In this document: positions 20,694 through 30,544 of the stretch, one piece after another
Position numbering within the stretch: position 1 is the first letter of the stretch
How the letters are laid out: each line of letters opens with the position of its first letter
Assembly: GCA_963783375.1 (NCBI GenBank)
Contig: CAWANH010000029.1
Location: 160,001-224,000 of the forward strand
From: Candidatus Eiseniibacteriota bacterium
GTDB taxonomy: Bacteria; Eisenbacteria; RBG-16-71-46; JABDJR01
Direction: 5' to 3'
Length of the DNA: 64,000 nucleotides
Notes under the pieces: model-generated
Seen by the model: only the letters and a program-made list of their open reading frames with translations
Database searches by the model: none
Told to the model about the DNA's origin: nothing
Position numbers and translations under genes: made by a program

Positions 20694-22835
20694 ATGGTCT
20701 CCAGGAAACGCTCCCGCGCCCGCCACCCCCGAGGCTTCACCCTGCTCGAGCTGATGGTGGCCCTGGTGGTGTTCGCCATCATCGGGGTGGCCATCTACCA
20801 GATCCTGGTTCACACCACCCACAGCGAATCGGTGGGCTCCAGTGTGGCCGAGGCACAGCAGAACGCCCGCGCCGCCCTGGACGTCATCCTCCGGGACCTC
20901 CGGCAGGCCGGCTACGGCATCTCCAGCGACGACAACCCGCCCATCGAGACGGCCAGCCAGTACCGGGTGACCTTCGTGGTGGACCAGAACGCCGACGGCG
21001 TGGTGGACCCCGGGGAACGGGTCACCTACTTCGTGGACGCCGACCAGAGCGACGCCATGGTCGCCGAGACCGTGAACCCCGACGACTTCGTCATCCGGCG
21101 GATCATCTCCAGCGTGAGCGACTCCCTGGCCAACCCCGGAGCGGGGAAGGGCGACGTGGTGGCCTACGGGGTGACCCAGCGCACCGCCAACCACTCGGGT
21201 TGGAACGTTCCCCTGTTCGACTTCTTCGCCGGCGACGGCACCTCGCTCGTGGGGAGCGGCGACGACCCCTCCGGCGCGACCTACGGAAAAACCGTGGCCG
21301 ACTCCGCCCTGGGGAAGCCCGCCGGATCGGGACTCGAACCCGAGGTCCGGTCGGTCCAGGTGCGGGTGGTGACCGAAACCTCGCAGCGTGACCCCGAGAC
21401 CCACCAGTTCCAGCAGGTCCGGGTCAGCGGCACCATCTTCCCCCGGAACCTGGGGCTCGGCTTCGGAGGCGCGATCGCCAGCGCCGGCACCGGGACGGGC
21501 ACCGGGACCGGCACCGGGACCGGCACCGGTACCGGCACCGGGACCGGCACCGGGACCGGCACCGGGACCGCGACCACCACCACCCTGCCTCCCCAGGAAC
21601 CGCCCATCCGCATTCCCACCGAGAAGGTGCTGAGCCTGGTGGTGGCCGACTTCCACGAGGCCGATTCCCAGGAAGGGTCCGCGGTGACCACCGACCACCA
21701 GCACGACTGGGACCTCGCGGTGGGAACCTCGACCGGCGGCACCAACAACCTTCCGGTGTGGTTCGAAGGATACCCAGACAAGTACTCCGGGGACCGGCTC
21801 TACAACTCGACGCCCAACTACTGGGGAAACAGCTCCCGCGACATCAACAGCCTGGTCGCCGGGAACATCGACGGAAGCGTGGCCAAGTACACCGACCTGG
21901 TGGCCGGGGTCTCGGTGAGCGACGTGTCCGGCGGGTTCGAAACCTGGCTGAACCAGGCGACCGTCCACGAGGGCTGGATCGGGGCCGGAAACCCCACCAC
22001 CTCGGCCAACGGCTTCTACTCCAACGGAAGCGGCAAGGGGAACGCGATCGCTCTCGCCGACCTGGACCTGGACGGCGACTACGACGTGATCCTGGGCACC
22101 CGGACCGGGGCCCAGGCCGGAAAGGTCGAGATCTGGCTCAACAACGGCGCCGGCGGGTTCACCCCGTCCACGGTTCTGAATGCCTCCGGCGAAGTGCTCA
22201 CCGTGGTGACCGGCGACTTCGACTCCGACGGCTGGGCGGACATCGCCGCGGGGACCGTCACCTCCAGCAACAACAAGAACGGTGACGTTCAGGTCTGGCT
22301 CAACAACCATGCCGGAGCCTTCAACCCCCGGGGTCCCTGGACCTCCCGGGGCCGGGTGAACTCCCTGGCGGTGGGGAACATGAACGCGGACTTCTACCCC
22401 GACCTGGTGAGCGGGACCCAGACCAACAACCACAAGGGAGAGGTCGAGCTCTGGCTCAACAACGGGAGCGGGGTCATGTCCCTCTCGGACTATGCCGCGG
22501 CCGACGACGCGGTGCTCTCGGTGGCGGTGGGCCAGCTCGACTTCGGGAACAGCTCACCGGACATCGCCGCCGGAACCGCGGCCCGCTCGGTGCAGGCCTG
22601 GTTCTGCGATCCCTCGGCGTCCCAGCCGAGCGGCATCATTCCATCCAACGAGTCCTGGGCCGACGCCAACACCGGCGGGGTGGTGAACGCGGTGGCCATC
22701 CAGAAGGTCGAGGCTTCGCGAAACGACCCCTACAACGATCCCCTGAACGACATCATCTGCGGGACCGCGGTGAACTCCACCAGCGGCGAGATCGTGATCT
22801 ATCTGAACCCTTACGTCTGGACCCTCACTCCCTAG
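20694..22835 (+). CDS. Minor pilin, PilW type, fused through a (GT)14 linker to an FG-GAP/VCBS repeat beta-propeller
   Basis: PRG|FTLLELMVAL; QQNARAALD..RDLRQAGY; pilin domain ends FPRNL; then repeats DLDLDGDYD, GDFDSDGWAD and GNMNADFYPD, each followed by vWLNN. Confidence 0.85.
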   Translation: MVSRKRSRARHPRGFTLLELMVALVVFAIIGVAIYQILVHTTHSESVGSSVAEAQQNARAALDVILRDLRQAGYGISSDDNPPIETASQYRVTFVVDQNADGVVDPGERVTYFVDADQSDAMVAETVNPDDFVIRRIISSVSDSLANPGAGKGDVVAYGVTQRTANHSGWNVPLFDFFAGDGTSLVGSGDDPSGATYGKTVADSALGKPAGSGLEPEVRSVQVRVVTETSQRDPETHQFQQVRVSGTIFPRNLGLGFGGAIASAGTGTGTGTGTGTGTGTGTGTGTGTGTGTATTTTLPPQEPPIRIPTEKVLSLVVADFHEADSQEGSAVTTDHQHDWDLAVGTSTGGTNNLPVWFEGYPDKYSGDRLYNSTPNYWGNSSRDINSLVAGNIDGSVAKYTDLVAGVSVSDVSGGFETWLNQATVHEGWIGAGNPTTSANGFYSNGSGKGNAIALADLDLDGDYDVILGTRTGAQAGKVEIWLNNGAGGFTPSTVLNASGEVLTVVTGDFDSDGWADIAAGTVTSSNNKNGDVQVWLNNHAGAFNPRGPWTSRGRVNSLAVGNMNADFYPDLVSGTQTNNHKGEVELWLNNGSGVMSLSDYAAADDAVLSVAVGQLDFGNSSPDIAAGTAARSVQAWFCDPSASQPSGIIPSNESWADANTGGVVNAVAIQKVEASRNDPYNDPLNDIICGTAVNSTSGEIVIYLNPYVWTLTP
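21486..21569 (+). repeat. Tandem repeat, 7 x 12 bp (GGCACCGGGACC consensus), encoding (Gly-Thr)14
   Basis: Read directly from the sequence; two units carry synonymous variants. Confidence 0.95.
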
Positions 22836-22846
22836 GAGCGTGAAGC

Positions 22847-24124
22847 ATGCGAGGGATCGAACCGCGAAACGACCAACGTGGAAGCGCCATGGTGATCAGC
22901 CTGTTGGTGCTCCTGGTGCTCACCATGGTGGGCACCTTGTTCCTGGCTCAAACCAAGACCGAGACCCAGATCTCCGGCCATGACATGCGCTCCACCCAGG
23001 CCCTCTACAACGCCGAAGCGGGCTACGGAGAGGCCCTGGCGCGCATGAGCAACATGACCGATTCCACCAACTACATCGGCCAGGCCCAGGGCGCCTGGTC
23101 CACCGAGCCCGGCTGGGGGGCCTACGTGGTGGCGGCCAACGGTGACGCCGCCCTGGACCCCGACTACGCGGCCACCGGGACCGACGGCCTGGACAACGAC
23201 GGGGACGGCCAGGTCGACGAGGCCGGCGAACGCTACCCCGAGGTCGCGTCCAAGCAGGCCGGGAACGATGCCATCGACTACGACTGGATCAAGATCCGCT
23301 ACAAGCTCAACGCGACCAACCAGGTGGTCCTGTTCGGCGACCACGACAGCGACGTGACCACCCCGCCCCGGCTGAACCTCGTCCGGGGGGTTCCGGTCCT
23401 CGTCGTGACTTCCCACGGAGCCCAGGGGTCGGCCAACCGCACGGTCGAAGTCGATGCGGTGAAATACCCGATCGAGGCGGTCGACGCGGCCATCTACACC
23501 GAGGACGACAACTTCAAGTTCAACGGGGTGTCATTCCTGGTGAGCGGGGAGGACTGGGACCCGGACACCGACAGCCGGATCGCCGGCAATCCCGACGTGC
23601 CGGGGATCATGACCACCAAGGATCCCAACAACATCGCCGGCGCGCTCAAGGGAAACCAGCAGAACAACGTCGAAGGTTCGGGGGCCGAGCCCTCGGTGAC
23701 TGCGTCCAGCGTCGACCTCGATCTCCAGGCCATGGCCGACCAGTTCGGAGCCATGGCCGACATCACCATCGGGAGCGGCACCTACTCCAACGTGAGCTAC
23801 GGCGACTACAACGACTACCACGTCGTCCACTGCACCGGGGACATCCACGTCGCCGGCCAGATGGTGGGCGGCGGCATCCTGGTCATCGACGGCGACTTGA
23901 CCTGCACCGGGCAGATGACCTGGTACGGCATGGTGATCGTCCTCGGAGACATCACCTTCTCCGGCGGCGGCGCCGGGACCCACATCTACGGCTCGGTCCT
24001 GGTCCAGGGCGGAATCACCGACCAGACCGTGGGCGGGAACGCCGACATCAAGTACTCGAGCGCGGCCCTGGCCAAGCTGGCCATGCTCTCCCCCTACGTG
24101 GTGGCGAGCTGGCACGAGCTGTAG
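22847..24124 (+). CDS. Minor pilin, PilX type, with a Ca-binding-like insert and a C-terminal beta-helix-like region
   Basis: QRG|SAMVISLLVL (no Glu5); ALYNAEAG; DGLDNDGDGQVDE; GILVIDGDL/GMVIVLG repeats; ends SWHEL. Confidence 0.82.
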   Translation: MRGIEPRNDQRGSAMVISLLVLLVLTMVGTLFLAQTKTETQISGHDMRSTQALYNAEAGYGEALARMSNMTDSTNYIGQAQGAWSTEPGWGAYVVAANGDAALDPDYAATGTDGLDNDGDGQVDEAGERYPEVASKQAGNDAIDYDWIKIRYKLNATNQVVLFGDHDSDVTTPPRLNLVRGVPVLVVTSHGAQGSANRTVEVDAVKYPIEAVDAAIYTEDDNFKFNGVSFLVSGEDWDPDTDSRIAGNPDVPGIMTTKDPNNIAGALKGNQQNNVEGSGAEPSVTASSVDLDLQAMADQFGAMADITIGSGTYSNVSYGDYNDYHVVHCTGDIHVAGQMVGGGILVIDGDLTCTGQMTWYGMVIVLGDITFSGGGAGTHIYGSVLVQGGITDQTVGGNADIKYSSAALAKLAMLSPYVVASWHEL

Positions 24125-24198
24125 ACCGCGGCCGCAGGTACGCAGCCCGGTCCTCGGACGCGCGGCCGCTCTTCCCTCGAGGCGGTTCAACGAGACAG

Positions 24199-24231
24199 GA
24201 GGGCCCTCCCCCCGGGGAGGGCCTTTCCGTT
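24199..24231 (+). terminator. Terminator after the minor-pilin operon
   Basis: GAGGGCCCTCCC-CCCG-GGGAGGGCCTTT hairpin followed by CCGTT. Confidence 0.65.
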
Positions 24232-24295
24232 CCCGGGGGGGCCCGGGTCAAGCCCGGCCGCGGGGCTGCCGACACCAGACCGGGAGGTTCATGAC

Positions 24296-25927
24296 GTGTC
24301 CCGGTCCGTGAAGCGCGCGCTCCAGGTGCTGGTTCCCGCCGCGTTCGCCCTGGCCCTCTATCTTCCCACCTGGTCCCCGGTCATCACCTGGGCCCACGCG
24401 GGGGAGGACGGCCCGGAGCTGGAGGCGGTCGGGAGAACCCTTGGCGTGGCCCATCCCTCCGGGTACCCCCTCCTGACCCTCCTGGTCCGGGCGGTCTCGA
24501 TCCTGGTCCCTCCTCCGGTCTCCGCCCTCAACGTGGTCACCCTGCTGGCGGCGATCGGGGCGGTGGTGGCGGTGGCCGCGGCGGGACGGGCCCTGGCCGC
24601 CCGGCTCCGGCCCGGGGACGGAACCCTGGCCGAGGCGACCGGTCTCCTCGGCGCCGCGCTCTTCGCGGTGTCCCTCACCTGGTGGCGGCAGTCGGTGATC
24701 GGCGAGGTCTACCCGCTCCACCTCGCCCTTGTCGCCTCGGCCCTGGCCCTGGTCTGGGCGGGGGGGACCCGCCGAAGCCTCCTCGCCGCCTGGATCCTGG
24801 GCCTGGGGCTGGCCCACCATCTCCAGACGATCCCGTTCCTGCTGGTGATCGCCGCCTACCTGGTCCTCACCCGGCGATTCAAGCCGAACCTCAGGGTGCT
24901 CGCGTGCCTGACTGCACCCTTGAGCCTCTACCTGGTGCCGTTGATTCGCGCCCGGAGCCGCCCCGCCATGGATTGGGGGGATCCGGCGACCCTTCGCAAC
25001 CTGTGGTGGTCGATTTCGGGGACCCCGTACCGCGGGAACCTCTTCGCCGAGGGCACGGGACCGGCCCTGGCCCGGTGGGCCGACGCCGCGATCAAGGGGC
25101 CGGTGGAGCAGCTGGGCTGGGGGGGCGTGGTCCTGGCTCTGGCCGGTCTGGCCGTCCTGGTTCGGAAGGCTCCGCGGGAGGCAGCGGCCCTGACGCTTCT
25201 CTACGTCGGCACCACCTTCACCGCCGCCGCCTACGCCATTCCCGATTCCGCCGCCTATCATCTGCCCGCCGTCCTCGCCCTGGCCCTGGCCGCGGGGGCG
25301 GGAGGGGGTTGGATGCTCGCCGCGGGCCTCGGCGCCGCCCGTCGCGGGGGAAGGCTGGCCCTGGTCCCGGCGGGGGCGACCCTGGGCGCCCTGGCGGCCA
25401 TCGTGGCCGCCCAGGGGGTCCGGACCGCGCCCCTGGCCGACGCCCGCGCCGACCGGTCGGGATACGAATACGCGAGGCAGTCCGCCGCGATCCTCCCTCC
25501 CGACGCCCTGGTGCTCTCCCACGGCGACGGCCGTACCTTCTCGCTCTGGTACGCGGTCACCGTGCTGGATCCCCGCCCCGATGTGGTGGTCCTCTACGAC
25601 AACCTTCTCGACTGGCCGTGGTACCGGAAGTCCCTCCGGGACCGCTACCCGGACCTCCCCCTGCCTCCGGTCGGGCTCTCCCGCCCGATTCTCCGCGGCG
25701 CGATCTTCGAGCGCTTCCTGGACGAGCGCCCGGTATTCACCACCGAGCTCGAGCCCGAGCTCCAGGATCTCTTCACGGCGGCGCCGGCGGGGCCCTTGTT
25801 CCGGGTCCGGCGGCTTTCCCGGGAGCGCGCCGGGCCGGCTATTGCAGGAGCCAGTAGTGGAACGAGGCGTAGGAGGATTCCGGGTCCCCCAGGGACCTCA
25901 TCTCGAACGAAGCCGAGTTCCCGGTGA
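24296..25927 (+). CDS. DUF2723/TMEM260-like multi-pass GT-C glycosyltransferase (putative protein O-mannosyltransferase)
   Basis: EDGPEL..LGVAHPSGYPL, W.QSVIGEVY, GLAHH, WGDP and DGRTF.LWY motifs; many TMs. Confidence 0.75.
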   Translation: MSRSVKRALQVLVPAAFALALYLPTWSPVITWAHAGEDGPELEAVGRTLGVAHPSGYPLLTLLVRAVSILVPPPVSALNVVTLLAAIGAVVAVAAAGRALAARLRPGDGTLAEATGLLGAALFAVSLTWWRQSVIGEVYPLHLALVASALALVWAGGTRRSLLAAWILGLGLAHHLQTIPFLLVIAAYLVLTRRFKPNLRVLACLTAPLSLYLVPLIRARSRPAMDWGDPATLRNLWWSISGTPYRGNLFAEGTGPALARWADAAIKGPVEQLGWGGVVLALAGLAVLVRKAPREAAALTLLYVGTTFTAAAYAIPDSAAYHLPAVLALALAAGAGGGWMLAAGLGAARRGGRLALVPAGATLGALAAIVAAQGVRTAPLADARADRSGYEYARQSAAILPPDALVLSHGDGRTFSLWYAVTVLDPRPDVVVLYDNLLDWPWYRKSLRDRYPDLPLPPVGLSRPILRGAIFERFLDERPVFTTELEPELQDLFTAAPAGPLFRVRRLSRERAGPAIAGASSGTRRRRIPGPPGTSSRTKPSSR

Positions 25928-27917
25928 ACACCGAGTCGGGGAGCTGGAACATGGCCTCGGTCCACACCTGCGGGGCGCGGGGGATCGTCCAGACGCCCTG
26001 ATCCATCCCGTTCACCCGAACGCCGATCCGGAAGTCGCGGAAGGACTCCGTGCGCAGGATCAACACCCCCGGCCGGTGGGGAACCGCGCGCAGGATGAAC
26101 CGCTCCCCGCGCTCGGGTTGACGGCCGCCGTCGATCACCGTGACCCGCTCGTCGCCGGCGAGGGGAAACTCGCGCAGGGTGTCCCGCCAGGTGTCGAAGG
26201 CCCGGTAGTCGTGGGCCTCTTCGCTCTCCAGGTCCGCCGGATCGACGTCGTCGGATACCCGGAACCCCCACGTGCTCACCAGCTCGCTCTGCTCCAGGAG
26301 CTGGTCGCTCCGATCGGCGGCGCTCCACTCCGCCCGGTATAGCCCCATGGTCTCCGCCCCGCTGATGGTGTTGTTGAGGAGGGTGAAGTGCGTGAGGCGC
26401 GTTCCCAGGAGGCTGGTGTGGCGGATATAGGGGAACCAGGTGGGGAAGACCGCGAAGTAGTCGGGGCGCGCCGCTTCGGGGAGGTCGCTCAACCACTCGA
26501 AGAGCGAGGCCTGTCCGGCGCGGCCGGCCAGCGCCGAGCCGTTGGTGACCAGGCCCACCAGGTCCACCACCCGCCGCTTCCCGTAGTAGGCGATGGCCCC
26601 CGCGTCGTTGATCCCCACCACCGCGTCGGCGGGAAGGTTGGCGTCGATCCACCGTCCCATCGCCACCTGCTGATCGTGGATGTTCCCCGCGTTCAGGGCG
26701 GTGAGCTGGACGTAACGGTGGAGGCCGGGAAGGAGCAGGAGCGCGATCAGCGCCGGGGGAAGGATCCTGAGCCCGGTCGGGATCCGGCGGGGAACGAGGC
26801 GCCACCACCCCGCGGTCACCAGCAGGAGAAAGAGCGGCAGGTAGGGAATCTGGTAGCGGTGGTGATGGGAGTTGAAGCCGGCGGGGATGAGCCCGGCGAG
26901 GAGGCCGGCCATGAGCACCAGCACCAGGACCCGTCCGGCGAGGCCTCGGCGCCGGGCGAAGAGCCCGAAGATCACCCCGGCCGCGGCCCCCGCGATCAGG
27001 AGCCCCTTGAGCACCCAGGCCGTCCCGAATCGGAAGGCGCCGGAGCCGAAATCGGTGAAGAGCGGCATCACGATCTGCCCGAACACCCAGGGGAGGCGCC
27101 GGAAGATGGCGAGGCGCACGTCGGGCCGCTGCTCGCTCCACACCGCCTTCGCGGCCAGGGTATTGGAGCCCGCATGCCCGAGGGCGGCCAGGTCCACCCC
27201 GAAGGTGATGGCCGCGGCCAGGGTGGGGGCGAGGATCAGCGCCCACCGGGCGCGGGCGGAGTTCGGGGCGCTTCGGGCCAGGGCCACCGCCACCGCGATC
27301 ACCCCGGCGATGAGCATGCCCTCGGGGCGGGCGAGGCCGGTGAAGAGGAGCCAGGCGAAGAGCGCGGCCAGGCGGCGCCCACCGCTGCGGGGGTCCGGGG
27401 CGTCCTGGTACCAGGGAACCGCGGCCACCGCCCCGGCCAGGGCCAGGCCGTAGAGCGCGATGTCCATGCCGCTCACCGCACCCCACAGGACGTGGCCGGA
27501 AACGAGGGTCAGGAGTCCGGCGGCGAGGCCCGCGCCCCGTCCCAGCCGGAGGTCCGCCCAGCGGTCGACGGCGAGGGCGGTCAGGGCCCAGCAGAGGACC
27601 CCCAGGCCCCAGGCCGCCCAGACCAGGGCCTCCCGGTCCAGGATCCGGGCCCAGGGGGCCAGGAGGAAGGGATAGAGCAGGCTGGTGGCCCCCCGGGTGG
27701 GGGGGGCTCCCGGCTGGTACTCGAAGGGGTGCCCCGCCGCCGCCGCGCGGGCGTACTGGAGGTAGATGTAGGTGTCGTCCAGGGGGGGGACCAGCTCCCC
27801 GCCGCAGGCCCCACGGGTCTCCCGGACGGCCAGGAGCCCCAGAATCAGGGCCAGGGCGAGATAGCCCAGGGCATGCAGGGTGCAGGTCCGACGCGCGCTT
27901 TTTCCTAAAGCTTCCAT
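25839..27917 (-). CDS. Multi-pass membrane protein, GT-C-fold glycosyltransferase-like, with a C-terminal extracytoplasmic domain
   Basis: LDDTYIYLQYAR, G.TS.LY, SGMD, RPEG, HRY..P, DAGAIAYY and DLVGL motifs; 3' end overlaps the convergent DUF2723 gene. Confidence 0.7.
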   Translation of the reverse strand: MEALGKSARRTCTLHALGYLALALILGLLAVRETRGACGGELVPPLDDTYIYLQYARAAAAGHPFEYQPGAPPTRGATSLLYPFLLAPWARILDREALVWAAWGLGVLCWALTALAVDRWADLRLGRGAGLAAGLLTLVSGHVLWGAVSGMDIALYGLALAGAVAAVPWYQDAPDPRSGGRRLAALFAWLLFTGLARPEGMLIAGVIAVAVALARSAPNSARARWALILAPTLAAAITFGVDLAALGHAGSNTLAAKAVWSEQRPDVRLAIFRRLPWVFGQIVMPLFTDFGSGAFRFGTAWVLKGLLIAGAAAGVIFGLFARRRGLAGRVLVLVLMAGLLAGLIPAGFNSHHHRYQIPYLPLFLLLVTAGWWRLVPRRIPTGLRILPPALIALLLLPGLHRYVQLTALNAGNIHDQQVAMGRWIDANLPADAVVGINDAGAIAYYGKRRVVDLVGLVTNGSALAGRAGQASLFEWLSDLPEAARPDYFAVFPTWFPYIRHTSLLGTRLTHFTLLNNTISGAETMGLYRAEWSAADRSDQLLEQSELVSTWGFRVSDDVDPADLESEEAHDYRAFDTWRDTLREFPLAGDERVTVIDGGRQPERGERFILRAVPHRPGVLILRTESFRDFRIGVRVNGMDQGVWTIPRAPQVWTEAMFQLPDSVFTGNSASFEMRSLGDPESSYASFHYWLLQ

Positions 27918-28093
27918 ACCTCAATCCGATTGTTCAGAGCAGAACCCTGGAGAGGGGACTCGGAACCGCGGGGCGTTCTTCCCGGCTGCCATGCAGGTTG
28001 CACGGGACGTCGGCGCCCGGCCCGATCCGATGAGATCACCACCGGCCGGCTCGTGGCCGGAGGCGGTAAGGATCAGGGGCCACGGGGAACCGG

Positions 28094-28121
28094 TCAAGGA
28101 TCCAGGCCGGATCGACGATAA
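28094..28121 (+). promoter_or_regulatory. Sigma28-like promoter upstream of pilM
   Basis: TCAAGGATCCAGGCCGGATCGACGATAA (TCAA-N16-GACGATAA). Confidence 0.55.
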
Positions 28122-28234
28122 GACGACGGGTGACCGACCGCGGGCGGGACCTCCGACCAGGCGGCATCCGGGTGGGCCGGGGGCGCGACCGGCGCGCACG
28201 GCATCTCGGGACCACAAGAGGGCTGGTGACCAAC

Positions 28235-29282
28235 ATGCTTTTCAATCGGCAGAAACCCATGGTCGGTCTGGACATCGGATCCAGCTCGGTCAAGTTCGTC
28301 CAGGTGGAGCAAGTCGGGAGCGAGGTCCGGCTCAAGGACTTCGGCATCGCCGAACTCCTCCCTGAAGCCATCGTGGACGGCGAGATCATGGACCGTCAGC
28401 TGGTGGTCGAGACCATCCAGAACCTGTTCGAGTCCAAACGCATCAAGATTCGAAACGTGGCCTCCGCGGTATCGGGACGCGCGGTCATCGTGAAGAAGAT
28501 CCAGATGGACCGGATGACCCCCGAGGATGCCCGCGAAGCCATCAACTGGGAGGCGGAGCAGCACGTCCCCTACGACATCAACGAAGTGTGCCTGGACTTC
28601 CAGATCCTCGACGGGAGCTCGGACCCGAAGCACATGGAAGTGCTCCTGGTGGCGGCCAAGCGCGAGATGCTGGTCTCCTACGCCGACCTCGTCCGCGAGG
28701 CGGGGCTCTCGCCCCTGGTCCTGGACGTGGACGCGTTCGCGGTCCAGAACGTGTTGAGCCTGAACTACGACTTCGCTCCGGAGGAAGTCGTGGCCATGGT
28801 CGACATCGGTTCCGAGATCTCCAACATCAACATCGTGAAGAACGGAATTCCGCTCTACACCCAGGACCTGAGCGTCGGTGGCACCAACTTCGTGGACGCG
28901 GTCCAGAAGACCTTCAACCTCAGCCAGGCCGAAGCAGAGGCCGCGGTGCGAGGGCGAGGAGCAGGTCGAGTTCGACCTGGATCAGGCCGTTCGCGCCACC
29001 GCGGAGGAGCTGGCCATGGGGATCGAGCGGTCGATCCTCTACCTCCAGACCTCGGGTGAGACCGAGCCGCTGAGTCGGATTCTCATCACCGGCGGCGGGG
29101 TTCGGATCCCGGGGCTCCTGCAGTTCCTCTCCGAGCGTCATCAGGCCCCGGTGGAGATCGCCGATCCGCTTCGAAGAATCCAGTTCGACCCGTCCCTGTT
29201 CGGAGACAAGAGGCCCGAGGAAGTGGCCCCGAGCCTGTCGGTAGGCTTGGGACTCGCCCTGAGAAAGGTCGATGACCGATGA
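28235..29282 (+). CDS. pilM: Type IV pilus assembly protein PilM; +1 frameshift near 28951-28954
   Basis: VGLDIGSSSVK, EAEQHVPY, LLVAAK and VDIGS in frame 28235; ILITGGG..PGL and VGLGLALR in frame 28878; removing one base gives AVRGEEQVEF. Confidence 0.9.
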
Positions 29283-29893
29283 TCCGGATTAATCTGCTTC
29301 CCAAGGAAGAACGCGTCAGCACGCGCACGTTCGCCTTCCCCAAGGCGGCGTCCTTGGCTCCGCTGGCTGCGCTGGTGGCGGTGGCGGCCATCGTCGGGGT
29401 CACCGCGGCTCTGGAGCATGCCAAGGTCGCGGCACTCCGGAGCGACGTCGGCGATCTGCGCGAGGAAGTGCGTGCCATCCAGCCCCAGGTGGACCGAGTC
29501 AAGAAGCTCACCGCCCAGCGCGAGGAGCTGGAACGCCGGCTCGACGTCATTCGCCAGCTCGACGAGGGCAGGTTCCTCTCGGTACGGGTGATGGACGACA
29601 TGAGTCGCGAGGTCCCCAAGTACATGTGGTTGACCAACGTCAACCAGCAGGGAACGGGCCGGGTGACGGTGAACGGGATCACCTTCTCCAACCTGATCGT
29701 CGCCGACTACATGAAGCGCCTCGAGCGCTCATCCATGTTCACCGGGGTGGATCTGGCCACCGCCGAACGGGGCGAGATCGATGGACGGACGGTGGTGAAG
29801 TTCGCGGTCTCGGCGACTCTCACCCCTGACGAGCTCCCCGATGACTTCAGCGCGGAGGCGATCGCGCCGGTCGCCCGAGAGGAGGAGAACTAG
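29279..29893 (+). CDS. pilN: PilN
   Basis: MIRINLLP motif, TM, coiled coil, P..MWLT. Confidence 0.93.
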   Translation: MIRINLLPKEERVSTRTFAFPKAASLAPLAALVAVAAIVGVTAALEHAKVAALRSDVGDLREEVRAIQPQVDRVKKLTAQREELERRLDVIRQLDEGRFLSVRVMDDMSREVPKYMWLTNVNQQGTGRVTVNGITFSNLIVADYMKRLERSSMFTGVDLATAERGEIDGRTVVKFAVSATLTPDELPDDFSAEAIAPVAREEEN

Positions 29894-29896
29894 GCC

Positions 29897-30544
29897 ATGG
29901 ACTTCCGGGACAAGAAAACCCAGCGAATCCTCCTCTTCGGTATCGGAGCGGCGGCGATCCTGTACCTCTACTTCTTCAGCACGTTCCTCCCGTTCGGTCA
30001 CCGGGCGGTGGCGGCGGAGCGATCGGAGCTGGAAGCGGACTACCGCCAGCTCTCCTCCGACCTCAGCAAGGCCCGCCAGACCCTGAACAACCTGGCCGAG
30101 GTCGAGCGGCAGTACCAGATCCTGAACAAGCGGTGGGACGTGGCGTCCCAACTCCTCCCCGAGGACAAGGAAGTGGCCGAGCTCCTGCGCAAAGTCACCC
30201 TGGTCGGCCAGCAGGCGGGGGTCGAGTTCCTTCTCTTCAAGCCCAAGCCCCAGGTCTCCGGCGACATCTACAACGAGAACCCGGTGGACGTGAAGGTGGC
30301 GGGGGGCTACCACCAGGTCGGCGCGTTCCTGGCCGAGGTCGCCAACCTGGAGCGGATCGTGAACGTGTCCAATCTGTCCCTGGTCACCAACCCGGACGAC
30401 AAGGCGCCGAACGATCAGACGGTGGAGGCGCATTTCATGGCCACCGCCTACACCTTGAACCCCAACCCTCCCGCCCCGGCCTCCGAGGCTTCGGACAAGA
30501 GCGCGGAGACGGCGGGGAAAGGAGAGAAGAAGCATGTGGGCTAG
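29897..30544 (+). CDS. pilO: PilO
   Basis: TM, coiled coil, LP..KEV..LL, G.YH.VG.FL..V..L.RIVNV. Confidence 0.93.
   Translation: MDFRDKKTQRILLFGIGAAAILYLYFFSTFLPFGHRAVAAERSELEADYRQLSSDLSKARQTLNNLAEVERQYQILNKRWDVASQLLPEDKEVAELLRKVTLVGQQAGVEFLLFKPKPQVSGDIYNENPVDVKVAGGYHQVGAFLAEVANLERIVNVSNLSLVTNPDDKAPNDQTVEAHFMATAYTLNPNPPAPASEASDKSAETAGKGEKKHVG

Noticed and set aside
21486-21569. CRISPR-like array
   Set aside because: Contiguous 12-bp coding repeat with no spacers and no cas genes.
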